Source: Octopus bimaculoides
Taxonomy: Eukaryota
Assembly: GCF_001194135.2 (NCBI RefSeq)
Contig: NC_068986.1
Location: 53,435,026 to 53,478,260, forward strand
Direction of reading: 5' to 3'
Length of the DNA: 43,235 nt
The notes under the pieces are model-generated. The model was given only the letters and a program-made list of their open reading frames with translations, searched no databases and was not told where the DNA came from. Positions 1 through 9,187 of this stretch are shown one piece after another (the stretch's first letter is position 1; every line of letters begins with the position of its first letter). The position numbers and the translations under genes were made by a program.

Positions 1-312
1 TTTACCTGGCACGAACCCAAACTGCATCTCATCTAAATTGATTCGCTCCCTAATTAGTTGGGCTATGACCCTCTCTGTAACTTTCATAACCTGATCTAAC
101 AGCTTGATGCCTCTGTAATTATTTGTATCTAAAGCGTCACCTTTACCTTTGTAGCAGTTGACTATGATGCTGCTACACCAGTCATTGGGTATGACTCCTT
201 CGTGTATCACCTGGTTCGTAATACGGGTGACTAGGCTATAGCCAACACTGCCAGATATTTTGAGCATCTCTGCAGTGATTCCTGATGGGCCGGGGGCTTT
301 CCCGGTCTTCAT
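1..312 (-). mobile_element. RTE-clade non-LTR retrotransposon, N-terminal part of the reverse transcriptase domain; 5'-truncated copy that continues beyond the window edge
   Basis: Manual translation of 312->1 gives 104 codons with no stop: MKTGKAPGPSGITAEMLK...IPNDWCSSIIVNCYKGKGDALDTNNYRGIKLLDQVMKVTERVI...MQFGFVPGK. This has the KAPGP, P-x-DW, KGKGD...NYRGI and QFGF motifs of LINE RTs in RTE-like form. It is absent from the ORF track because it runs off the edge. Confidence 0.92.
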
Positions 313-350
313 ACTCATAAATAAAAAAATATTTTACGTACACAATGAGT

Positions 351-500
351 TTTTTTCAGTTTCCATCTACCAAATCCACTCAGACTTCGATCAGCCTAGG
401 GTTCTAGTAGATGACACTTGCTCGAGTGCCACACACTGGGACTGAATCTGAAACCATGTGATTTGAAAGTGAGCTTCTTAACCACAGCTACACAAGCACC
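351..500 (-). mobile_element. tRNA-headed SINE, family A head (octopus OR-type-like), partial
   Basis: Reverse complement matches the + strand copy at 4951-5100 (ttcagtttccatctaccaaatccactca...ccatgtg...cttcttaaccacagc). Confidence 0.8.

Positions 501-553
<53 letters not shown>
501..553 (+). repeat. (TAG)n microsatellite, about 17 units
   Basis: Seen directly. Confidence 0.97.
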
Positions 554-590
554 ATAGTCGCATGTATGTATGTATGTATATATAAATATA

Positions 591-812
591 TAGGGTGTGG
601 CAGAAGTAACGCCCTTTTGTATTTGAGTTTTCTCGTTTCTAATTGAGTTTTTTTTTTTTATCTCCTAAAACTTCTGTGATTTTTTTCATTAGTTTATTAT
701 TCGTTTCTTTAAGTAATGCAATAAATTTGTGTTCAATAAAAAATTACTTCATAAACATTTATATAATATACAAGTTATTAAATGCGAAAAGGGCGCTGCT
801 TCTGCTGCACCT

Positions 813-814
<2 letters not shown>
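591..814. mobile_element. Tc1/mariner-type MITE, 224 bp, 28-bp TIRs, TA flanks
   Basis: Left TAGGGTGTGGCAGAAGTAACGCCCTTTT (591-618) vs reverse complement of right end CAAGGTGCAGCAGAAGCAGCGCCCTTTT (787-814): 22/28 identical, all mismatches transitions. TA at 589-590 and 815-816. AT-rich non-coding interior. Confidence 0.8.
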
Positions 815-851
<37 letters not shown>

Positions 852-1719
852 NNNNNNNNNNNNNNNNNNNNNNNNNNNNNNNNNNNNNNNNNNNNNNNNN
901 NNNNNNNNNNNNNNNNNNNNNNNNNNNNNNNNNNNNNNNNNNNNNNNNNNNNNNNNNNNNNNNNNNNNNNNNNNNNNNNNNNNNNNNNNNNNNNNNNNNN
1001 NNNNNNNNNNNNNNNNNNNNNNNNNNNNNNNNNNNNNNNNNNNNNNNNNNNNNNNNNNNNNNNNNNNNNNNNNNNNNNNNNNNNNNNNNNNNNNNNNNNN
1101 NNNNNNNNNNNNNNNNNNNNNNNNNNNNNNNNNNNNNNNNNNNNNNNNNNNNNNNNNNNNNNNNNNNNNNNNNNNNNNNNNNNNNNNNNNNNNNNNNNNN
1201 NNNNNNNNNNNNNNNNNNNNNNNNNNNNNNNNNNNNNNNNNNNNNNNNNNNNNNNNNNNNNNNNNNNNNNNNNNNNNNNNNNNNNNNNNNNNNNNNNNNN
1301 NNNNNNNNNNNNNNNNNNNNNNNNNNNNNNNNNNNNNNNNNNNNNNNNNNNNNNNNNNNNNNNNNNNNNNNNNNNNNNNNNNNNNNNNNNNNNNNNNNNN
1401 NNNNNNNNNNNNNNNNNNNNNNNNNNNNNNNNNNNNNNNNNNNNNNNNNNNNNNNNNNNNNNNNNNNNNNNNNNNNNNNNNNNNNNNNNNNNNNNNNNNN
1501 NNNNNNNNNNNNNNNNNNNNNNNNNNNNNNNNNNNNNNNNNNNNNNNNNNNNNNNNNNNNNNNNNNNNNNNNNNNNNNNNNNNNNNNNNNNNNNNNNNNN
1601 NNNNNNNNNNNNNNNNNNNNNNNNNNNNNNNNNNNNNNNNNNNNNNNNNNNNNNNNNNNNNNNNNNNNNNNNNNNNNNNNNNNNNNNNNNNNNNNNNNNN
1701 NNNNNNNNNNNNNNNNNNN
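852..1719. other. Assembly gap (N run). Other gaps at about 2773-3263, 5297-5765, 16798-17793, 21571-21580, 24362-24371, 25348-25564, 31020-31425 and 33311-34020
   Basis: N characters, mostly flanked by (TA)n, poly-A or repeat ends. Confidence 0.99.
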
Positions 1720-1835
1720 TGCCTTTCGTCCTTTCAGGGTCAATAAAATAAGTACCAGTTGAGCACTGGAGTTGATGTGATCGACTTACCCCTCCCCCAA
1801 ATTGTTGACCTTGTGCTAAAATTAGAAACCAATAT
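1720..1835 (+). mobile_element. SINE family B (AATAAGTACCAGTT-containing), 3' part
   Basis: gcctttcgtcctttcagggtcaataaaataagtaccagttgagcactgg...ccttgtgctaaaattagaaacc matches the reverse complement of copies at 13332-13542, 39905-40060 and 42478-42690. Confidence 0.8.
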
Positions 1836-1911
1836 TTTTAACTATTCCCTACAACAGTTGTCTGTGATGATTAGTTTTGTTGACAGCATAAATTTTCAAA
1901 CCACACAATAA

Positions 1912-2034
1912 GCTTCTTTCAGTTGCCATCTACCAAATCCACTCACAGGACTTTGATTTAGTAGAAGACAATGGGACTGAACCTGAAACCATGTAGTTGG
2001 AAAGAAAGCTTCTTTGGCACAGCCATGCCTGCAC
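1912..2034 (-). mobile_element. SINE family A head, internally deleted
   Basis: cttctttcagttgccatctaccaaatccactcaca...cacagccatgcctgc is the reverse complement of the family head gcaggcatggctgtg. Confidence 0.8.
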
Positions 2035-2035
2035 C

Positions 2036-2496
2036 TGGGATTGGACGCAAGTTGTCTCACCTGTCTATGACTTTCAAGTGTTTTAACTACCAGTGCTATG
2101 AGTGAATCATCCCCAAAGGACTATATCACAGCAAACAAGCAAAAAACATACGTTAAGTGCAGTTGATAATGTTTACAACTCTAGCTTTTAATTCATAATT
2201 GAATTTAATCTTATGTATGTGTTGTTGTGGAATACCAGCAAATGGTCCTTACACTACTTATATATAGACATAGACTGGCAATTCAGTTCACCCCTGGTTT
2301 AAGGTACATGATGTTGACAACCCACAAAAATGGCAAAATATTGATCACTTCTGAATGGGATTGGAGGGGAGTTGTTTTGCCTGTCTATGACTTACAAGTG
2401 TTTTAACACCCAGTGCTAAGAGGGAGTCATCTCCAAAGTGCTATGCCACAGTGAATTTGCGAACAAGCAAAACATACATTGAGTATGTGTGGTCAA

Positions 2497-2500
<4 letters not shown>
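2036..2500 (+). repeat. Two diverged direct copies of a ~140-bp element (2036-2171, 2356-2500)
   Basis: Shared tgggattgga...cctgtctatgact(t/a)..aagtgttttaac..ccagtgcta.gag...aacaagcaaaa..atac. Confidence 0.8.
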
Positions 2501-2530
<30 letters not shown>

Positions 2531-3263
2531 TTATCATCGTCTATATATATATATAGTCAATTCAAAAAAACAGATAAAAAACGAAAGAAAAGAAGAAAAA
2601 CAATGAATGTGAGGACATGCACAAGAAGTGTATTAGCTTGATGCTCAGTGAAAGGAGAGAGTTTAATGTTTTGAGCATAGCTCTTTGTTGTAAAGGAGGA
2701 GAGGAAAAGTCCAAAGGAGAAGAAGAATAAAACCCCCAAGGGCCCATGTGTAGTTTTATATATATCTATATANNNNNNNNNNNNNNNNNNNNNNNNNNNN
2801 NNNNNNNNNNNNNNNNNNNNNNNNNNNNNNNNNNNNNNNNNNNNNNNNNNNNNNNNNNNNNNNNNNNNNNNNNNNNNNNNNNNNNNNNNNNNNNNNNNNN
2901 NNNNNNNNNNNNNNNNNNNNNNNNNNNNNNNNNNNNNNNNNNNNNNNNNNNNNNNNNNNNNNNNNNNNNNNNNNNNNNNNNNNNNNNNNNNNNNNNNNNN
3001 NNNNNNNNNNNNNNNNNNNNNNNNNNNNNNNNNNNNNNNNNNNNNNNNNNNNNNNNNNNNNNNNNNNNNNNNNNNNNNNNNNNNNNNNNNNNNNNNNNNN
3101 NNNNNNNNNNNNNNNNNNNNNNNNNNNNNNNNNNNNNNNNNNNNNNNNNNNNNNNNNNNNNNNNNNNNNNNNNNNNNNNNNNNNNNNNNNNNNNNNNNNN
3201 NNNNNNNNNNNNNNNNNNNNNNNNNNNNNNNNNNNNNNNNNNNNNNNNNNNNNNNNNNNNNNN

Positions 3264-3347
3264 AACTTCATTTATTTATGTCGTGAGAACACCACATAAA
3301 ATGTGCAATGAGAATGTGGTGTTCTCACTACATAAATAAATGAAGTT
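3264..3347. repeat. Inverted repeat: 34-bp arms, one mismatch, 16-nt loop
   Basis: aacttcatttatttatgtcgtgagaacaccacat (3264-3297) vs atgtggtgttctcactacataaataaatgaagtt (3314-3347). Confidence 0.95.
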
Positions 3348-3399
3348 TGTACGAAACGTACGTACTGCTATAACCTATTGAATTTTTGTTGCTTTTCTT

Positions 3400-3441
<42 letters not shown>

Positions 3442-3674
3442 CACACACAAATATACACATGCACACAAAGTCAACTTTTGTATGATTTGAGCTTAAAACA
3501 TAAAGTGACATAACTCTGCATTTCTGTAGTTTTCAAGCAGTCAGGTAATATTTTTAACTGTTCCTAAGGACATTTGTCTGCATTGCTTAGTTTTATTGAC
3601 ACCATAAATTTTGAAACCAAGCTGCCCATAAACACATGTATATGTCTGACAATCTGAATTTCTTGTGATAACAG

Positions 3675-3809
3675 AAGGTGGAGGACGTATAATCAATGAA
3701 AACAAAGCGCTAACATCAAAAAAGAACAGATACAGCCCTTACAACACATTTCAGAAGTGTCGTATATGCAAATCATCAGTACACCAATCTGGATCACACT
3801 ACTGTCAAG
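3675..3809 (+). CDS. CRIPT: CRIPT internal coding exon (135 nt, phase 1-1): (E)GGGRIINENKALTSKKNRYSPYNTFQKCRICKSSVHQSGSHYCQ
   Basis: Acceptor acag|aa and donor caag|gtaatt. The peptide closely matches CRIPT (ENKALTSKK, CRICKSSVHQxGSHYCQ). Confidence 0.95.
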
Positions 3810-4014
3810 GTAATTATCCTCATTCATGTATTCCTTTACCCTTGATCCAACCTGTTCCTATCTGAACTTGATACTTGGTGGATTATATATATATATGAAC
3901 ACATAAGGGGTGCAGTAATATAGTAATATAAGGTTATAAGGAAAATAGTTTTTGTGCATGGAAGGTGCACAGGTACAATAAACACTAAAAAAATATACAG
4001 AAAATAAACTCCAT

Positions 4015-4955
4015 CCAATGCCAGCGAGGAAAGCTGGTAGTTGATAGCTTCTGTTGCTTAGGTGACCAAGTTAGTAGTGGAGGTGGATGCTCTGAGAGCA
4101 TAGCTGCAAGAATAAGAACAGGCTGGGCAAAGTTCAGGGAGCTCCTACTTCTGTTAGTAACAAAGGGCCTCTTTCTCAGAGTGAAAGGTAGAGTGTGTGA
4201 TGCCTGTGTGCAAACAGCCATGCTACATGGCAGTGAAACATGGGCTGTGACTACTGAGAACATGCATAGGCTTGAAAGAAATGAACCTAGTATGCTTTGC
4301 TAGATGTGCAATGTCTGTGTGCATGTGTGGCAGAGTGTAAATGTTTTGAGAGAAAAGCTGGGCATAAGAGGCATCAGATGTGGTGTGCAAGAGAGACAAC
4401 TGTGCTGATATGGTCATGTGATGCGTATGGATGAGGACGACTGTAAATGTGGTGGGAACTTGTGGAAGAGGTAGACAGGAAGACATGGGACGAAGTAGTG
4501 AAGCATGATTTTTGAATGTTGGGCTTCATGGAGGAAATGACAAGTGACCAAGATCTTTGGTGATATACTGTGCTTGAGAAAATGCATCAAGCCAAGTGAA
4601 ATCGTAGTTGTGGCCAATACTGGTGCCACATAACCGGCACCTGTGTCACTAACATGTAAAAAGTACCCCTTGAATGTTGGGCCTCATGAAGGTGATAAGT
4701 GACCAAGACCTTTGGTGATGTGCCTTGGTTGAGAAGACTCATCAAGCCAAGTGAAATCATAGTTGTGGCCAATGTTGGTGTTAAGTAACTGGCACCCATG
4801 CTGGTGGCATACAAAAAGCACCCATTACACTCTTGGAGTGGTTGGCATTAGGAAGAAGGGCATCCAGCTGTAGAAACCGTGCCAAATCAGATTGGAATCT
4901 GGTGCAGCTCCCCAACTTACCAGTTTTCTGTCAAACCGTCTAACCCATGCCAGGC
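4015..4955 (+). mobile_element. Decayed RTE LINE 3' portion (end of ORF plus 3' UTR, with an internal tandem duplication)
   Basis: Translation gives VVDSFCCLGDQVSSGGGCSESIAARIRTGWAKFRELL...MLHGSETW...LREKLGIRGI...*YGHVMRMDED with stops. These are the C-terminal FxYLG, GSETW and WYGHVxRM motifs of RTE ORFs. It ends in the tail caaaccgtctaacccatgc. Confidence 0.88.
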
Positions 4956-5296
4956 ATGGCTGTGTGGTAAGAAACTTACTTCCCAACCATGTGGTTCCAG
5001 GTTCAGTCTCACTGTGAGACACCTTGGGCAAGTGTCTTCTGCTATAGCCTTAGGCCAACCAAAGCCTTGTGTGTGGATGTAGTAGATGGAAACTGAAAGA
5101 AACCCATTATATTTATGTATATGTATGTGATTTTGTGTCTGTCTCCCCCCCCCCAACCACTTGACAACTGATATTGGTTTGTTTATGTCCCTGTAACTTA
5201 GCAGTTCAACAAAGGTGACTGATAGAATAAGTGCCAGGCTTAAAAATAAGTACTGAGGTCAATTCATTCGACTGAAAGTTCTTCAAGGTGTGCTCC
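4951..5296 (+). mobile_element. SINE family A, near full length, type-1 3' half (runs into gap)
   Basis: tRNA-like head caggcatggctgtgtggtaagaa...ggttcagtctcact, body accttgggcaagtgtcttct...gatggaaactgaaagaa, 3' part gtccctgtaacttagcagttc...gatagaataag. Many related copies in the window. Confidence 0.88.
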
Positions 5297-5765
5297 NNNN
5301 NNNNNNNNNNNNNNNNNNNNNNNNNNNNNNNNNNNNNNNNNNNNNNNNNNNNNNNNNNNNNNNNNNNNNNNNNNNNNNNNNNNNNNNNNNNNNNNNNNNN
5401 NNNNNNNNNNNNNNNNNNNNNNNNNNNNNNNNNNNNNNNNNNNNNNNNNNNNNNNNNNNNNNNNNNNNNNNNNNNNNNNNNNNNNNNNNNNNNNNNNNNN
5501 NNNNNNNNNNNNNNNNNNNNNNNNNNNNNNNNNNNNNNNNNNNNNNNNNNNNNNNNNNNNNNNNNNNNNNNNNNNNNNNNNNNNNNNNNNNNNNNNNNNN
5601 NNNNNNNNNNNNNNNNNNNNNNNNNNNNNNNNNNNNNNNNNNNNNNNNNNNNNNNNNNNNNNNNNNNNNNNNNNNNNNNNNNNNNNNNNNNNNNNNNNNN
5701 NNNNNNNNNNNNNNNNNNNNNNNNNNNNNNNNNNNNNNNNNNNNNNNNNNNNNNNNNNNNNNNNN

Positions 5766-6330
5766 CATTAGAAGAGGTGATCTTGTGTTGGATAATGAAA
5801 GGTTATAGTGAGACAGAGAGACAGAAACAGGTGTCTTGCTGTAGAGGAAGTACAAGGTTACCCAGCCAGAGAGATCAGGAATGAAGACAGAAATAGATGA
5901 GCTACCGCAAAGGAAATACATGGTTACCCAACCTCAGGGAAGTGCAGGAGAGGTAGAGAGAGAGTAGGAGACAACAGGATAGAGATGGTGGCAAAATGCT
6001 GGGCATACTCACAAGGGATGGGATTGGAATATAAATGGGATGGTTGAGTAAAGGAAGAGAGAGATATAAATGGTGGCAAGTGCCAGGGCATCCTTTTGAG
6101 GTTTGAACACCATAATATAAGTAGCAGGATATTGCAAAGGAAGTATGATGAAAGAGTGCAGGGGAGGGGGAGTGAATGGTGAAAACCTGAGTGTATATAG
6201 TTGGTGGGGGCTACTGGATAACAATGATACAGAGAACAGGACCATGAGGACAGGATTGGAGAGTGAGAGCTAGGCATAGTGTATTAAGGAGGAAACGTGA
6301 GGAAGAGATGTAGATTGTTTGTTGAGGTAG
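5766..6330. repeat. Purine-rich (+ strand) degenerate interspersed repeat, possibly an old LINE remnant
   Basis: GA-rich composition unlike the surrounding intron. No diagnostic protein motif recovered. Confidence 0.3.
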
Positions 6331-6355
6331 GGTGAGTGAAAAGTTTTCTTGTTAC

Positions 6356-6475
6356 GTGTGGGTGGAACACACAGGTCAGGGGCCAGCAGTTAGCAATAAT
6401 ACAGAGAGACAGGGTGTGTGGGTGGAACACACAGGTCAGAGGCTAGCGGAGAGCAGTGATACAGTGGCACAGGGC
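6356..6475 (+). repeat. Tandem repeat, 2 x 60 bp
   Basis: Both units start gtgtgggtggaacacacaggtcag and diverge towards the 3' end. Confidence 0.9.
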
Positions 6476-8233
6476 CAAGAGGACTAGATTGGGGAGTGGG
6501 AGGTAAGCATAGTGCTTGAAGTGGAAATGTGAAGAAGAGAAGAGATGTGGTTTGGTTTGTTCATTCTGAGGCGAGTCGTCTCACCTGGTCTGTGACATTT
6601 TGGTTTTCTTTAACACTCATTTTGTGTAGGCAGCTTTCCCAGATGTTATCCCATAGCAAACTTGGCTTATAAACAAAACACATACACTGTGCACGTGTGA
6701 TCGATAATATTTACATTACTAGAGCTTCTTTTAATACGTAATTTAATATGTGTGTGTGTATTGGAATTTTTTTTTTAATCATTTACTCAAAAGGAAAAGC
6801 AATGCCCATGACCCTTTGCAGAGCTTCCAAGACTAGGGAGGAGGGGTGAGAAGGTATACTTGACCAGATACCTAGTCCAAATACCTGCAAGAGAATGGAC
6901 TCTGCTAAAGCCATCCAAGGACCAAATAGTGGTGGTAACCAAGCAATGGGTTAAGTCGAAAACTCAAGTAGACTATGGTAGGATTTAAACACAGAATGAC
7001 AGGAGATGAAACAAATATTGCAAGGTGTCTCCTTTGATATCTAACAATTTTTGCAGTCCCTGATCTAGGATTTTGCTTTATTTATTGACCATGGAAGGCT
7101 GGAAGAAAAAGTTGACATCAGTGGGATTTGAACTCAGAACACAATGAGCAGCTTGGGGTGAGGATTGAACCTCCAATTTTGTTATTTGCCAATACATCAG
7201 TTCACCTCATATTCCCAAGATATGATAAAGTAAGAGAAGTTTTAAAAAATATAAATAACATTTTGTATGCACAACTCATTATTTACAAAACAATGGTACA
7301 AGGTTGAAGGCTTGACAATAATTATGAAGGTACTAATATAGTATGAATAAATATATGACTGTGTGGTTAAGAAGTTTGCTTGCAATCTTGTGGTTTCATG
7401 TTTACTGTTTAATTACACTGATGTTGACCAATTGAAATCTCACAATATCACTTGTTATAAGACTTTGATTAGGGTTCCAATTAATGCATCAGACAAATCT
7501 TTGTTATCTTTACATTGGTAACCATGAGCTTTAGCTTACTATATAAGCAATAAAGCTGGTGGATATGGCTAGTATATAAAAGTTTAAATATCAAACTGAC
7601 AGCTACCTTCAGTTTTCACCCCTCTCCTTTCATTAGTATTGGCAGTTATTGTTTTGGTCCAAGTCCACCTTGATTAAGCAGACCTATGATGTGACCATCC
7701 AATCTTTATTCAAACATTTTTGTGTATGTTAGTTAGGTCTATGGGAAGGGATAGTGTACATGGCCTTTGCTGGCTCTCCAAATCTTGTGAGTTTGATGTC
7801 ATTCTGCTCACACTGTTGCAAGGCAATGACTGTAGGAAAGATATGTTGACAAGTGCAGAGAGGGAATTTCAGGGGTGGAATGGAACAGGGCAGTGTTCTG
7901 GAGATAACAGTTTAGTGTGAAATCTGGGGGATATTGGATACAACATGGGTAATAAGAGAAGGGAAGACAAGAAGTTGAGTATGCTTAAATGGTGGTAACA
8001 CAAGACCAGCCATCACTGAGGAGCTGAGGCTATTATAGAAACATCTGGGGGCAAGATTTGATGGAAATTTAGGTGCATTTTCTGGTAAGAGGAGCAACCA
8101 TATAGAAGCCTTGTTGTTGGTTCATTACTAATCCAGTTGTACTTAACACTGCTTCAATGTTTTCTGTTATTTTCATGCAATATTATTTACCTCTTTTCCC
8201 ATAACATAATCTTTTATTCTTTTCTTTTGACAG

Positions 8234-8251
8234 CTTGTGCATACAAGAAAG
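8234..8251 (+). CDS. CRIPT: CRIPT 18-nt microexon (phase 1-1): (A)CAYKK(G)
   Basis: Long pyrimidine tract ...cttttattcttttcttttgacag|CTTGTGCATACAAGAAAG|gtaagt. It supplies exactly the CAYKK residues missing between the flanking exons. Confidence 0.93.
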
Positions 8252-8914
8252 GTAAGTAGCTACCCCTATTTTATACTTTATGAGCATATAAGCAAATGGA
8301 TGTGTGTATGTGTGACTATGTGGTGGTGTTGTTTTGGAGTTCCAAGTCAGCCCTAACTGAGCAGATCTATGAGCAAAAGTATTCTAGCAATAAGCAACTC
8401 ACCATTTTGTATATCTTGGACCATATTATTTGCCATGATCTATTTATTTTTAAGACTAGTGTTTGCTGTTTTTAGCTGGATAGATAGCCATATTGAGTTT
8501 GCCTTGTTTGTTTTAATATTATGTGACGCTAATGTTGACTTTCATCTTGCCTAACAAGCTACAGATTTAAGGAAAAATTAAGTGAATATTATCAGATTTA
8601 ACTTTCTTAGATTCATGAAAAACTCACATCTCTTCATATTTATTTTATCAAATTATTGCAAATCTATTTCTGCTAGCACCAGTTCAGTCCTGAACAAGTA
8701 GACCTATGATATTATATCTTGATACACTGCCTTCTACTGTAGTAACCTGTTAGTCATAGTTCCTCTTTCCTTTTACTCTCAGTTGTCTTGGAAACTCAGC
8801 AGAACAGTTGTGGGCACTGCTCTTTCTCTACTGATTATATACCTCCATTTGGTATTCATGTTCCATGCTGACATGGGTTGGATATTTTGACAGGATATAT
8901 CAGGTCCAAGAACT

Positions 8915-9187
8915 GCATTGTGCTCTGTTTACTTTGGCATGGTTTCTATGGCTGGTTGTCTTTCCTTCTGCTAACCACATTGCAACATGTATTGGGTGCT
9001 TTCATCATGCCACTAGCACTAGTGAGGTCACCATACGTACATATGACAGGCTTCTTCCAGCTTCCATCTACCAAATCCACTCACAACGCTTTAGTCGGTC
9101 AGAGGCTCTAGTAGAAGACACTTGCCCAAGGTGCTGTGCAGTGACTGAATCTGAAATCACATGACTGGAAACCATGCAGCCATGCCT
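8915..9187 (-). mobile_element. Composite SINE: family A head joined to an RTE-derived 3' segment
   Basis: 9050-9187 is the reverse complement of the family A head. The reverse complement of 8925-9020 aligns with the RTE 3' UTR at 4797-4886. Confidence 0.8.

Noticed and set aside
775-800. KCEKG peptide resembling the CRIPT N-terminus (MVCEKCEKKL)
   Set aside because: It lies in the right TIR of the MITE, has no splice signals and no TPDxWK continuation. CRIPT exons 1-2 were not found in the visible sequence.
643-1762. Long ORFs spanning N runs (also at 2746-3339, 5283-5921, 16751-17854, 25282-25665, 30967-31494 and 33300-34097)
   Set aside because: They are open only because N codons contain no stops. 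The flanks are microsatellite or poly-A translations.
3810-3865. ORF-track continuation GNYPHSCIPLPLIQPVPI after CRIPT YCQ
   Set aside because: This is intron read-through. A canonical donor at 3810 and the downstream CAYKK exon explain the real protein.
7700-8100. Possible LINE endonuclease remnant on the - strand
   Set aside because: Only vague similarity and no diagnostic motif, so too weak to annotate.
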